Of a DNA stretch of 58,998 nucleotides, positions 17,642 to 27,464 are shown in pieces. The translations under genes were made by a program, and so were the position numbers. Below the pieces are notes generated by a model that saw only the letters and a list, made by a program, of their open reading frames with translations, had not been told where the DNA came from and did not search any database. This stretch comes from a virus (taxonomy: Duplodnaviria; Caudoviricetes): IMG/VR virus record IMGVR_UViG_3300025009_000015, positions 1 through 58,998 of that record; one strand, given 5' to 3'. How positions within the stretch are numbered: the first letter of the stretch is position 1; every line of letters starts with the position of its first letter.

Positions 17642-18954
17642 TGTATCAACCTGCCCCTACCATGGTGAAAACCGGTAACAGTAGGATGATGACGGGGAAC
17701 AGGGTAGAGGCGATCTCCCCGATCGAGGCCACGAGGTTCTCCTCCTTTCCAGACCAGTACAAATTCCCAGGACGAGCGTCCGAAGTGATCGAGCGCGTCG
17801 GTAACTCCGTCCCTCCCCTCCTCATGTTTCGCGTCGCTCAGCATATCAAGGAGAACCTCTTCATGCACCAGATCCAGAAGATGACTTCCAGCAGGAGGCC
17901 TTACGTCGAAGTGCTCGACGACCTGTGGACACGACACCTGGCCCAGCGTGAGCCAGACGCGCCGACCGTGGTTTCCCTCTTCGCGGGGGCCGGGGGCTCC
18001 TCCCTGGGGTACTCCGCTGCGGGGTTCAGGGAGCTGCTCGCCGTCGAGTGGGACAAGCACGCGTGCCAGTGCCTGAGACAGAACTTCCCGGGGTTGACTG
18101 TCTACGAGGGGGACATCTCGAAACTCACCACGGAGCGGGCGCTCGAGCTGGCAGGTATCACTCCGGGTGAGCTGGACGTGCTCGACGGCAGTCCACCATG
18201 CCAAAGTTTCAGCACGGCCGGGAAGCGGGACATGAATGATCCGAGGGGGCAACTCTTCCGGGAGTACGTCAGGATGCTTGGCATATTCAGGCCAAAAGTT
18301 TTTGTTATGGAGAATGTCTCAGGGATGGTCAAGGGCAAGATGAAGCTCATCTTCGCCGAGATCCTGCGGACGCTGCGGGGGGCAGGGTACGAGGTCGGGG
18401 CTTGGCTCCTGAACGCGATGCACTACGGCATCCCTCAGAGCAGGGAGCGCATGATCTTCGTGGGGGTCCGGTCGGACCTGGTGGGGGCCGGCCCAGGAGT
18501 ACCCCCGGGATCTAGTAGGGGGATCACGTTTCGGGAAGCAGTAGAAGGGTGTCCTGACGTAGGGGGGAAAGTACTTGGGGAATTTCTCCAGAGGATGGCA
18601 CAGAGTCAGCCGAGGGGGCTCTGGAGTAGTCATCTAGGGATCTGGCGGAGATTAAAGGGGAACGACGCCAGCTGTATGAGCACGAAATGGTGCTCCTGGG
18701 ATGACACCCCGGGAACAGTCACCAAAGAATGGATTTCCCTGTCGGGGATGATTCATCCATGGCGTGAGAGATATCTGTCTGCGGGGGAAGTGAAGAGAAT
18801 AGGGTCCTGGCCGGATCAATATTTCTTTGTGGGGAAATTTGGTGATATAGTCCGGAGGGTAGGAAACTCCGTCCCTCCCCTCCTGATGGACAGGATCTCC
18901 CAGCACGTCCGCAGGGAGATCCTCTCGAAGCTTAAACATCAGGCCCCTTTTTAG
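17641..18954 (+). CDS. DNA cytosine-C5 methyltransferase with extra N-terminal motif IX-X module
   Basis: LFAGAGG, GSPPCQSFS, ENV, QSRER, GNSVPP (twice); ends HQAPF. Confidence 0.95.
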   Translation: MYQPAPTMVKTGNSRMMTGNRVEAISPIEATRFSSFPDQYKFPGRASEVIERVGNSVPPLLMFRVAQHIKENLFMHQIQKMTSSRRPYVEVLDDLWTRHLAQREPDAPTVVSLFAGAGGSSLGYSAAGFRELLAVEWDKHACQCLRQNFPGLTVYEGDISKLTTERALELAGITPGELDVLDGSPPCQSFSTAGKRDMNDPRGQLFREYVRMLGIFRPKVFVMENVSGMVKGKMKLIFAEILRTLRGAGYEVGAWLLNAMHYGIPQSRERMIFVGVRSDLVGAGPGVPPGSSRGITFREAVEGCPDVGGKVLGEFLQRMAQSQPRGLWSSHLGIWRRLKGNDASCMSTKWCSWDDTPGTVTKEWISLSGMIHPWRERYLSAGEVKRIGSWPDQYFFVGKFGDIVRRVGNSVPPLLMDRISQHVRREILSKLKHQAPF

Positions 18955-20471
18955 GCCTTCTCCTTCAGCAGGGGGATTCTCGCATACCGTCCCGCCCCAT
19001 AGACGAGCTGGCCGGCCTGAGTCTGGAGCACGTCCTGCTCCCAGGGGTCGAGCTTCCCGGACTCGTGAGCGTACCGGGTAAGCGCGTTCGCGAGCGCCGC
19101 GCGGTTCACCCCGTCCAAGCTCTTCCCCGCTCCGGAGTCATCCATTTTCCACGCGGCGACCACCCCCGCGATCACGTTCTCCCGGCGACCCGGGACCGTG
19201 ACGAGGTCCTGCTCCATCATCCCCCGGATAGCGGAGGCGATGAGGATCTCCCGCACGGTCGGGACCGGGGAGTCATCCAGCACCACCGCCGAGTCCACGA
19301 TCGAGTCTTCGCAGGCGACGTCCCAGGCCCGGACGAAGTGACTGATCTTCGCGAGCGCTCCCTGGAACCCGACCCTGAACCCCTGTGCGAGCTTCTCGAC
19401 ACTGCCCTGGTGCCGGAGCCTGACGGTATCCTGTTCTGACTTGTCGATGACGATGAGGTTTAGACAGAGGTTGGCAGTCACTGAGGCACGACAGACGATC
19501 GACCCGCCCCCGGTGTCGTCCGTGCTCCAGGAAACGCCAGCCCGGAAGATCTCGCCGGCGACGTAGTGCTCCGGCCTGACTGTGCTGTGAAACAAGACCT
19601 CCCCGTGTGCCCTGTAGCCGTCGTACGCGACCGTGCCCCGGGCGTCCTGCGGTGCCGCCATGGCGACCGCCTCCGCGATCTGGTCCGCGTCGTACGAAGC
19701 GTACTTCGGCCCGGTGATGGCGAAGATCTCCCGCTGACCGCGGGGGCCGCGGAGCCGGAGCTGAAGCTCCTTCGCGGTCGCTCCGGGGAGCTGCTCCTCC
19801 TGCAGGCGGGTGTCGACCCAGTGGTTCACGTTCACTGCCCGGAGTGTCGGGGGGCAGTGGCTCAGGTAGGCCCCCCCGGCCGGGATGTCGAGCCGCCCGA
19901 TGAGCTGCTGGAACGACCGGTGGGAGAGGTCGATCCCGATGGACTCTTTCCCGCGGGTCGTGAGTTTCCCGTCCGTCCGCAGGAAGAGGTTCGACGCCTG
20001 GACGGGGATGTCCTTCCGCCCTTCGGCCTGGACGGTCTGCGCCAGCTCCATGTGGACCACCTTCGCCGAGGGGAGGGCCTCGTACTCGAGCCGTGAGGTC
20101 CTGGCGTTCTCGACGCCGGTCTCGTTGACCCGGGTGCCTCGAGTGTAGAGGGGCTGCTTGAGGGCGAACCCGGAGTCTGCAGCCTGCGCTGCGTCGAGGG
20201 TCGACCGGATCTGCCCGGTGGTGTCCACGTGTCCTTCACCGCGGGGGACGGGTGCGATGGGTCCGTCCTTGATCGGTGCAGGAGTACGTTCCGGGTGGTA
20301 AAGGTCGAATTTTGGATCGCGAGGGATCGGGGGGAGGTCAGGAACAGGTACGGGATCCATTGTGGTGATGGACGGGCGGATGCCTGTGAGCTTGTGCAGG
20401 CGCTCAGCCTCCGCCATTGGATTCCCCTCAACCTCGACTACCTGCGTTCCTGCTGTGATTCGAAATTTCAT
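18951..20471 (-). CDS. DUF932-like protein
   Basis: FAITGPKY, STDDTGGGSI, LCLN, RLRHQG. Confidence 0.65.
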   Translation of the reverse strand: MKFRITAGTQVVEVEGNPMAEAERLHKLTGIRPSITTMDPVPVPDLPPIPRDPKFDLYHPERTPAPIKDGPIAPVPRGEGHVDTTGQIRSTLDAAQAADSGFALKQPLYTRGTRVNETGVENARTSRLEYEALPSAKVVHMELAQTVQAEGRKDIPVQASNLFLRTDGKLTTRGKESIGIDLSHRSFQQLIGRLDIPAGGAYLSHCPPTLRAVNVNHWVDTRLQEEQLPGATAKELQLRLRGPRGQREIFAITGPKYASYDADQIAEAVAMAAPQDARGTVAYDGYRAHGEVLFHSTVRPEHYVAGEIFRAGVSWSTDDTGGGSIVCRASVTANLCLNLIVIDKSEQDTVRLRHQGSVEKLAQGFRVGFQGALAKISHFVRAWDVACEDSIVDSAVVLDDSPVPTVREILIASAIRGMMEQDLVTVPGRRENVIAGVVAAWKMDDSGAGKSLDGVNRAALANALTRYAHESGKLDPWEQDVLQTQAGQLVYGAGRYARIPLLKEKA

Positions 20472-20482
20472 TTTCCGCTCCT

Positions 20483-20578
20483 TCAATTGATGCCCGTGAG
20501 GGCTCCGACCGCGTCCAGAAGAGAGATGAACCCGTAGGTTCCCAGGGAGATCAAGCTGAGCCAGAAGAGTCGTTTCAT
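20483..20578 (-). CDS. Small hydrophobic peptide (31 aa)
   Basis: MKRLFWLSLISLGTYGFISLLDAVGALTGIN after GAGGA. Confidence 0.5.
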   Translation of the reverse strand: MKRLFWLSLISLGTYGFISLLDAVGALTGIN

Positions 20579-20628
20579 TTCTGTATCCTCAGTAAGAAAA
20601 GTTCAAATCAATCTCAAATCTTGTATCC

Positions 20629-20703
20629 AGTATAATCAGTATAAAAAGGTCAGTCAAGAAAATAATTCACAAAATCGATCTTTTTTTCACGGGTGGCTAT
20701 ACT
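20629..20703. promoter_or_regulatory. Divergent promoter unit
   Basis: Minus: box-TTGACT-N17-TATACT; plus: TATACT at 20698, 6 nt before the terL ATG. Confidence 0.75.
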
Positions 20704-20709
20704 GCGCAC

Positions 20710-22401
20710 ATGCGAGACTCTCAGCAGGCACTCTCCCAGGTACAGATGGCTCGGGCCAGGCGCTCTCCCCTCGTCGACCGGCAGTACCTCTACCACCCCG
20801 ACCGCTACCTCCCCGAGGTGCTCGGGATCACCTCCCGCGTCGGGGGCGGGCAGTTCGTCCGGGACGTCGCCGCGTCGTGGCTCCACATGCACCAGCGGGA
20901 GGCGCACCGGGGGGGTCGACCGTGGCCCCGCAGGGACGACATCCCGGACTGGGACGGCTCGAGCATCATCCCGAACGTGTTCTGCTTACAGGGGTCACAC
21001 AAGTGGGGAAAATCTGTCGAGGTGTCTGGCTTGCTCCTGTGGTCCTACCACGTCTCCAGCAGGATAATGGGGTGCGTCTACGCCCCAAAGATCGACCAGG
21101 CGAGCGCGATAACCTGGAGGTACATCGACGGGTGCCTCGACGGTCGCTGGGGAGGGGATATGTGCAGGCTCAAGTCTGTTCGCCTGGCGCGAGGCGGTGG
21201 CAGCAAGTCTCCCAACTTGACCCTAGGGCTGGACCGGATAGTCAAGACTCAGGCCACGGAGCACGGTGTGAGCGTCCAGGGTGCTCACGAGTCCGTGGGT
21301 GTCCACGTCTTCGAAGAGGCGGAGGGCATCGACGGGAAGGACATCTACGACGCGGTGCTCGGCCTCGTCGCGGACGGCATCAGCCTCTGGTTCCTGTGTG
21401 CGAACCCTGCCTCGAGCAGTTCAGACTTCGCCAAGCTCTCAGGGGACAGGGTCCGCAGGTACGAGCTGAGCGCGTTCGACCACCCGAACGTGTCGACGGG
21501 GGAGGTGGTCGTGCCCGGGGCCGTGACGCGGGAGTGGATCGAGGCGCAGCTCTCCGGGAAGTCAGCCTGGGCCGTGCGGGTGGATGGGCCGGACCCCGAC
21601 CGTGCCGCGTTCGAGCTGCCGTGGCGTGCTGGCGAGTGGTGGGCGCCGCGCCCTCCTTGGTGGTGGCGCGTGTGGGGGACACCCCCACCGACGACCGCTG
21701 CGGACGCTGTTGTCTCCTCTGCCGTGCTCCGGCAGGCGTCGAAGCGAGACGCCGGGGCGATCTTCCAGGCGTCGTCCCCCTCCCGCGCGACGATCGGGGT
21801 GGACTGCGCCAGGGGAGGGGAGGACTCCGGCTGGGTCGCGCGTCGCTGGTGCGGGTGCCTCGAGATGCGCTATCCCATCCACGATAGAAACACGGGGGCT
21901 TACGTCGGCGCGGTCGTCTCCGAGCTGGAGGAGCTGCTCCGGGGCGGGTGCCGAGAGGTGGAGGTCAGGGTCGACGCGGGGGGAGGGTTCGGGGCCTGGG
22001 TGGACGAGCTGCGTTCTTTGGGCTCGGTTTTAGACCTGTTCCCGGACGGTGCTCGGGTGATAGAGTGCCACTTCGGGGGGAGGGCGTACGACCAGGAGAT
22101 CGGGGCGGACTGGGCATCGTGCGCGTACCTGGACGCGGGGGAGGATATCCGTGAGCTGGCCGTTGTGGGCTTCGACCCGGAGCTGGAAGAGGACCTCTGT
22201 TCGCGCAAGGTCCGGTGGGTCGTGCGCTCGGACGGGGATGAGAAGAGGGACGTCCGGCAGCTCGAGCGCAAAGAGGAGTTCAGGCGACGTATCGGCCGGA
22301 GTCCGGACCGGGGGGACGCCGCCGCGCTCGCGTGCGCTCGCTGGCCGCAGGGCAGTTCTAAGGGAGGGGTCGCGGACGCTTATGGTCGGGGGAGGCGTTG
22401 A
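20710..22401 (+). CDS. terL: Terminase large subunit
   Basis: GSHKWGKS, VHVFEEAEG, CANP, IGVDCARGGED, SPDRGDA. Confidence 0.9.
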   Translation: MRDSQQALSQVQMARARRSPLVDRQYLYHPDRYLPEVLGITSRVGGGQFVRDVAASWLHMHQREAHRGGRPWPRRDDIPDWDGSSIIPNVFCLQGSHKWGKSVEVSGLLLWSYHVSSRIMGCVYAPKIDQASAITWRYIDGCLDGRWGGDMCRLKSVRLARGGGSKSPNLTLGLDRIVKTQATEHGVSVQGAHESVGVHVFEEAEGIDGKDIYDAVLGLVADGISLWFLCANPASSSSDFAKLSGDRVRRYELSAFDHPNVSTGEVVVPGAVTREWIEAQLSGKSAWAVRVDGPDPDRAAFELPWRAGEWWAPRPPWWWRVWGTPPPTTAADAVVSSAVLRQASKRDAGAIFQASSPSRATIGVDCARGGEDSGWVARRWCGCLEMRYPIHDRNTGAYVGAVVSELEELLRGGCREVEVRVDAGGGFGAWVDELRSLGSVLDLFPDGARVIECHFGGRAYDQEIGADWASCAYLDAGEDIRELAVVGFDPELEEDLCSRKVRWVVRSDGDEKRDVRQLERKEEFRRRIGRSPDRGDAAALACARWPQGSSKGGVADAYGRGRR

Positions 22402-22595
22402 TTTTCTGCAGTAGCCTCCAGCTCTTGTCTGTTGATCTTTTGCCACTCGCGAAATTCATCAAAATGGGGATTCAGGTAGCGACCTTGTTCGATTTCTGGG
22501 CACGTAGAACAGAGCAATACCTTGAAGCGCAGATCGTTGTCTTTGCTCGAAATCAGAGTGAATCTACAACCGCAAGACTGCCAAAAGGTTCTCAT
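22380..22595 (-). CDS. Small Cys-containing hypothetical protein
   Basis: ATG after AAGGA; overlaps the terL end. Confidence 0.5.
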   Translation of the reverse strand: MRTFWQSCGCRFTLISSKDNDLRFKVLLCSTCPEIEQGRYLNPHFDEFREWQKINRQELEATAENQRLPRP

Positions 22596-22599
22596 CGTT

Positions 22600-22965
22600 T
22601 CATTTCCTTTCGTTGAGTCGAGACTCTACCTCCGCGATGGCCTTGACGCAGGATATCCCGAAGAGCCCTTTTGCGAACTCGAACCCTTCCCACCGCTTCC
22701 CCCCGGGGTCGCAGTCCTTGACGTGCTGCGCGAGGATCCCCTGGAGCTGGTAGAGCGCTGTCTCGTCCGCCGTCTTGCGCGCTTCCTGCCTCGAGGGGAG
22801 GTCTCCGAGCCCGTCGACGGGTCGCAGGCTGTAGCTCGAGTACCAGCACTCGTGACCGTCGTCGTGCCTGACGAGGGCGTCGCACATCTGCTCGGTCAGG
22901 GGTTCCCACTGGATGACTACCCCTTCGCGAGGCTCCATCCAGGGCTTGACTCTGCGTCCTACCAT
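22600..22965 (-). CDS. Hypothetical protein
   Basis: ATG after GGAGG; first gene after a boxed promoter. Confidence 0.65.
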   Translation of the reverse strand: MVGRRVKPWMEPREGVVIQWEPLTEQMCDALVRHDDGHECWYSSYSLRPVDGLGDLPSRQEARKTADETALYQLQGILAQHVKDCDPGGKRWEGFEFAKGLFGISCVKAIAEVESRLNERK

Positions 22966-22992
22966 AGACACCTCCAAAAATAGACTGCTCAT

Positions 22993-23065
22993 ACTATAAT
23001 CAACCCCACTAGAAAAATCAACAAATAATTCACAGCTCGGAAAAATAATCGAGATAGTCTACACT
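22993..23065. promoter_or_regulatory. Divergent promoter unit
   Basis: Minus: box-TTGATT-N17-TATAGT; plus: TACACT at 23060. Confidence 0.75.
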
Positions 23066-23088
23066 GCGACCAGAGGAGATCAACGATC

Positions 23089-24681
23089 ATGGGTTGGTAC
23101 AACAGCTATTTTGGGATCGGGACGACGTCCCACGCGATCGGGTACACGACGTTCACCCTGCGGACACGGTTCGACCGGGCACTGCTCGAGGCGTTGTTCA
23201 GGCAGAACGGCGTCGCCCGGAAGATCATCACGAGGATGCCGTTCGACGCGACGCGGGAGGGGTGGACGAGGTACGACGGGATAGACGAAGATCTGTCCAA
23301 GGTGCTCGCGAAAGAGGAGCGCAGACTCCGAGTCGGGCGCGTCATGACCGACGCCCTGGTCTACGAGAGAGAGTTCGGGGGGGCCGCGGTCGTGCTCGAC
23401 GTGGACGACGGGCTCAACCCCTGGGAACCCCTCGACGCGTCGCGCGTTCGGCAGGTGCGAAAACTCACAGCGCGTCATCGCTGGGAACTCTGGCCGAACA
23501 CGTTCAGGGGTGGGAACTACGCGGACCCGGAGACGTACCAGGTCACGCCTGACGACGGGAGTCCGACGCAGGTCGTGCACGTCTCCAGGATGCTCCTCTT
23601 CCCGGGGGAGTCCAGCTCGGACCAGGCCCGGATCGAGTGCTGGGGTTGGGGTGACCCCGTGCTCGAGACGGTCTGGGAGGAGATCCGGAACGTCGGGATC
23701 TCCGACTCCGGCGTGATAGAGTACCTCCTCCAGCTCAGCGTCCCGTTCCTGAAGGTGAAAAAATGGTGGGAGCTCATCGCGGGGAAGGACGGGAAGACTG
23801 CGGCCTCGACTATGCTCGAGGAATTCCGCCAGCGACTCAGCCTGTTCCGTCTCGCTGTGCTCGATTCTGAGGACGATGTCCAGCGCCTCAACGCTGCGGT
23901 GTCCGGGATCTCTGAGATCCTGGAGCACCAGAAGTCCCAGGTCTCGGCCGTGACAGACTACCCACAGACGCTCCTCTACGGGCGCAGCCCCGAGGGGATG
24001 AACGCGACCGGGCTCTCGGACCTGGAGCTTTACTACGGGATCGTCCGGGCGAAGTGCCAGGAAGACAGGCTCCGGGACCCGATCGAGCAGCTCTACTCCA
24101 TCATGGTCCACTGTCCTGTCTGGGGGGGCGGCGCAGTTACGAATCCTCTCCCACAGGAAGTCAGGGACCAGGATCCCGAAATCGAGTTCAGGCCTCTCTG
24201 GGTTCCTAGGGAGCTAGAACGGGCTCAAGTCGAGGGGACACGTGCCACGGCCCGGAGCACGTACGCGGCGCTCGGTTGGATCGACCCAGACGAGGGTCGG
24301 AAATTACTCGAGCAGGACGGCATCCTCGAGCCGCCGTCCGTGGACGAGTTCGACACGGGAGAGGAACCGGAGCCTGAAGAGGCGAACCCTCTCACGCCTC
24401 CTCAGGAGGTCTCCGACGCGGTGAGTCTGGGAATCCTCCGGGCGCGTCGCGCGGGGCAGTCCGTCCCCGGGTGGGAGGAGTCCGTCGCTCGGGCGATAGC
24501 GGGGGGTCGTGCGATCACCCGGTCGCAGGCGACGCAGCTCCGGATCATGCTGCAGGACGAGACGGAAGGGCTTAGGGAATACTTCGGCGGTGACGTCACG
24601 CTCGAGTGGCTCCGGTCGCTCTCTGTGGTCCAGGCTGTTGCTCCTGCACATGCCTTCGCGCCCACCCTGCCGGAGGTGTAA
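23089..24681 (+). CDS. Portal protein (DUF1073/HI1409-like)
   Basis: ARKIITRMPFDATREGW, VHVSRML, WGWGDPVL, LYGRSPEGMNATGLSDLELYY, IEFRPLW. Confidence 0.9.
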   Translation: MGWYNSYFGIGTTSHAIGYTTFTLRTRFDRALLEALFRQNGVARKIITRMPFDATREGWTRYDGIDEDLSKVLAKEERRLRVGRVMTDALVYEREFGGAAVVLDVDDGLNPWEPLDASRVRQVRKLTARHRWELWPNTFRGGNYADPETYQVTPDDGSPTQVVHVSRMLLFPGESSSDQARIECWGWGDPVLETVWEEIRNVGISDSGVIEYLLQLSVPFLKVKKWWELIAGKDGKTAASTMLEEFRQRLSLFRLAVLDSEDDVQRLNAAVSGISEILEHQKSQVSAVTDYPQTLLYGRSPEGMNATGLSDLELYYGIVRAKCQEDRLRDPIEQLYSIMVHCPVWGGGAVTNPLPQEVRDQDPEIEFRPLWVPRELERAQVEGTRATARSTYAALGWIDPDEGRKLLEQDGILEPPSVDEFDTGEEPEPEEANPLTPPQEVSDAVSLGILRARRAGQSVPGWEESVARAIAGGRAITRSQATQLRIMLQDETEGLREYFGGDVTLEWLRSLSVVQAVAPAHAFAPTLPEV

Positions 24682-24683
24682 CC

Positions 24684-25622
24684 GTGCCAGTGTCCCCTCT
24701 CCAGCAAGTTCTCCGGGCCTTCAAAATCCAGCGGAAGCGCGTCCCGAAATTCGGGCCGTACAAAGTCGCCGGGTCCGCGAAGCGCCTGGCCGAGCGCAGG
24801 CTCGTCGCCGTCGTGCGTGAGCTAGTCAGAGTGCTCGAGACTGACGCGATGGCGCTCCTGCCGCAGACCAGGGTGGACGCGGACCCCCTGCCCGACGTCC
24901 GAGGTGTCTTGAATTCCAGGACGACGCTCTACACGCGGCGCGCTCAGGCACAGATCGACCCCATCTTGCAGGAGGGGGAGCGCGAGCAGCGGGGGGCCGA
25001 GAAGCGCGTCGTGTCCCCCCTCGGGCTCGACGTGCTCGGGTCCGAGCCCTGGCTCAAGAAAGAGCTTGCGTCAAGGGGAAAGGATTTCAGCGAGCTGTGC
25101 GTCGACCTGACCCGGGAGACGGAGCGGCGTATCGCCTCCGCCGCGCTCGAGACGCTAGAGAAGGGCCGCCCCCGTGAGTGGCTGCGTCGTCAGATACGAG
25201 AGGCCGGGGGCATAGAGGAGCGCCGCGCGAAGTTCATCGCCCGCGACCAGGTGGGGAAACTCCAGGGGGCGCTGCACGAGAACAGGCAGCGCGACCTAGG
25301 GATAGACAGCTACATCTGGAGGAACAGTCGGGACGAGCGCGTCGCCGGGAATCCTAACGGAGCGTACCCGGACCCGGACTCTGAGTCTACGACGCACGGG
25401 AATCACTGGGAGCGGGAGGGGAGACGTTTTCTGTGGACGAAGTCGGGGGGGAGGTTGGTCGAGGTGCTTTCAGACGGGAAGACTCGAGCGACTGAGTTCG
25501 CGGACGGCCACCCAGGCGATCCGATTCAGTGCAGGTGCTTTGCCGAGCCGGTCATCGCTGGGTTGGAAGATCTGCAGCAGCTCGACAGGGAGGCACCTAT
25601 CGCGAGGGAGTACAAGGGGTGA
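24684..25622 (+). CDS. Minor head protein (SPP1 gp7/Mu gpF family)
   Basis: RAKFIARDQVGKL, YIWRNSRDERV, HPGDPIQCRC. Confidence 0.9.
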   Translation: MPVSPLQQVLRAFKIQRKRVPKFGPYKVAGSAKRLAERRLVAVVRELVRVLETDAMALLPQTRVDADPLPDVRGVLNSRTTLYTRRAQAQIDPILQEGEREQRGAEKRVVSPLGLDVLGSEPWLKKELASRGKDFSELCVDLTRETERRIASAALETLEKGRPREWLRRQIREAGGIEERRAKFIARDQVGKLQGALHENRQRDLGIDSYIWRNSRDERVAGNPNGAYPDPDSESTTHGNHWEREGRRFLWTKSGGRLVEVLSDGKTRATEFADGHPGDPIQCRCFAEPVIAGLEDLQQLDREAPIAREYKG

Positions 25623-25624
25623 TG

Positions 25625-25870
25625 CTAGAATGTCGTACGAATCTGGATGTCAAGCTCTTTCAGGGCTTTCTCTGGTGATCTTTCCCACGGACCTTTGATA
25701 GGGTAGTCCAGGGAGTAGTCTCCCCACTCTTCTGCATGGTATAGGAAGGTGATTCCCTCTGGAGATGGGATGCTGTGACCTATTCGAATGATCCTCCGTG
25801 TCTTTGAGACTCTTGCGATATAATCACCAGTACTACAGTTTTTCTCCCATACATAATGCATAGATTCCAC
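25625..25870 (-). CDS. Hypothetical protein
   Basis: 81 aa; lower GC by eye. Confidence 0.55.
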   Translation of the reverse strand: MESMHYVWEKNCSTGDYIARVSKTRRIIRIGHSIPSPEGITFLYHAEEWGDYSLDYPIKGPWERSPEKALKELDIQIRTTF

Positions 25871-25871
25871 C

Positions 25872-26423
25872 TCAGAACGGAGCGTAGGACTCCTGATTTT
25901 TCACTCTCTCCAGGTTCTTGACGTTCACCCGCCCGTGCCGTTTCCCTGTCCCCTTGCACATCCCGCACGTCGGGCGCTCCTCATCCGTGCAGTAGCAGTC
26001 GCTCAGGTACTGGTCCCCTCCCCGGAGTGTGTACCGGTCCCACAGGATCGTCGCCGTGCAGAATGTCTCGTCGCCGGACAACACCTCGACAGTCCCGACG
26101 TCGTCCTGCTCGAGCCCGTGGAAATACTGCCCCGTGTTCCGGAGGAACGTCCCGGAGAGTCGCACGCGGTCGCCTACAGCGATCGATGTCTTCCCCCGGT
26201 GTTTCCTTGTGCCCCCTTGCGCGAACGCGAGACGGGCCTTGGCCTCGACGACGGTAGCGATGTCCTCCGCGCGACGCTCCCCCCGCTCACCCCGTACCAG
26301 GGAGTCGACCATGGTCAGGCGGTCGATCAGGTCTTCGCGGGGGAGGTCTGCCGGGTGGGTGTCCCCCTCTTCCAGCTCTAAGACCCGGAGCGCGGTCAGG
26401 GCTTCAAATATAGAATCGATCAT
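25872..26423 (-). CDS. Hypothetical protein (SH3-like, CxxCxGxG), ends SYAPF
   Basis: AVGDRVRL, CGMCKGTG. Confidence 0.7.
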   Translation of the reverse strand: MIDSIFEALTALRVLELEEGDTHPADLPREDLIDRLTMVDSLVRGERGERRAEDIATVVEAKARLAFAQGGTRKHRGKTSIAVGDRVRLSGTFLRNTGQYFHGLEQDDVGTVEVLSGDETFCTATILWDRYTLRGGDQYLSDCYCTDEERPTCGMCKGTGKRHGRVNVKNLERVKNQESYAPF

Positions 26424-26971
26424 GTCTCACCCCAGTATGCTGAGGGGTTTCTCCAGTCCGGGAAATGCTCATCGAGCCAAGCCATACACTCGTTCTCACA
26501 CTCCCCTCTGAGAATATAGGGGCTGTCTGATACCTCTCCTTTGTCAACTGTGTAGAACACGGTTCCGTCGTAGTCTGTCACGTGAGCTATTATCCTGCTC
26601 CTTTCCGTGTAGTCGCTCTCTGCCTTGTACATGCTTACAGCGCGTACCCAGGCACGACGGTCGTAAAATGCAGCTTTGTAGAAGATTTCTGCTCGCTTTC
26701 TGCCTTTGCCGTCTACCAGATCAGAGTGCATCGGGTGGTTAGTAGGACATATCTTCCACCCCTTCGGGAGTGTCACGTGCGTAAACAGGGGGTCGTTTGC
26801 TAACTGCTCCCCGAACACGACGCCGTGAGCTTCGAGCGCAGTTTTGGATACAGTGTCGCACAGCGTCGGGAGCTGCTGCTGGCAGGCTATCAGGTTTGCT
26901 TGCCCGTGAGCTTCCTCGAGTTCGATGGATCCTTGACCTAAAAAGTGAACGCTTTTGTCCAGTCTGTTCAA
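26420..26971 (-). CDS. Conserved phage hypothetical protein
   Basis: LPKGW..., RAEIFYKAAFYDRRA, PDWRNPSAYW; TTG start after GGAGG. Confidence 0.7.
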   Translation of the reverse strand: MNRLDKSVHFLGQGSIELEEAHGQANLIACQQQLPTLCDTVSKTALEAHGVVFGEQLANDPLFTHVTLPKGWKICPTNHPMHSDLVDGKGRKRAEIFYKAAFYDRRAWVRAVSMYKAESDYTERSRIIAHVTDYDGTVFYTVDKGEVSDSPYILRGECENECMAWLDEHFPDWRNPSAYWGET

Positions 26972-27162
26972 GATTCTTCCCTCCTGTAGAGGATTTTCCA
27001 CCCCTCCACGATAATTTCCCAGGCCTCCAGCGCGAGGGCTTCTTTTCTCACTGGTGCGCTCAGGGCACACCACGGGCACTCGTAGTAGTACCAGTCCTCA
27101 TAGTGGTGATACTTCGGTCTGTGTCCGCAGTTCGGGCACGTCGATGGCGCAGATTTTTTCAC
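26968..27162 (-). CDS. Lar-like Zn-finger protein
   Basis: CPNCG...ECPWC...ALEAW. Confidence 0.45.
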   Translation of the reverse strand: MKKSAPSTCPNCGHRPKYHHYEDWYYYECPWCALSAPVRKEALALEAWEIIVEGWKILYRREES

Positions 27163-27464
27163 GTTCTCCCCCTGTACACCAGGAGCAGGACGTCGACCAC
27201 CCTGTCGAGGTCTGCCCCCGTGATACCTGCCCGCGTGAGTTTGACCCTGCTCACAGCCTCGAGCAGGACGATGCGCTCCTCGTCCCGAGCTGAGAGTACC
27301 TGGGCGATCCTGTCCGCAGTCGCTAGGTCTGGGCAGATCGTCCCGTCGAGCACACGTTGTCCCCACGCGGCGCTCATCCCGACCAGGGGGCCTAGCTGTG
27401 TCACGCCGACCCTCGCGCGGGTGCGCAGGGTGTCGACGATCTGGTGGACGGTCGGGGGGCTCAT
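27159..27464 (-). CDS. XRE-family HTH regulator
   Basis: LRTRARVGVTQLGPLVGMSAAWGQRVLDGTICPDLATADRIAQVL. Confidence 0.7.
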   Translation of the reverse strand: MSPPTVHQIVDTLRTRARVGVTQLGPLVGMSAAWGQRVLDGTICPDLATADRIAQVLSARDEERIVLLEAVSRVKLTRAGITGADLDRVVDVLLLVYRGRT

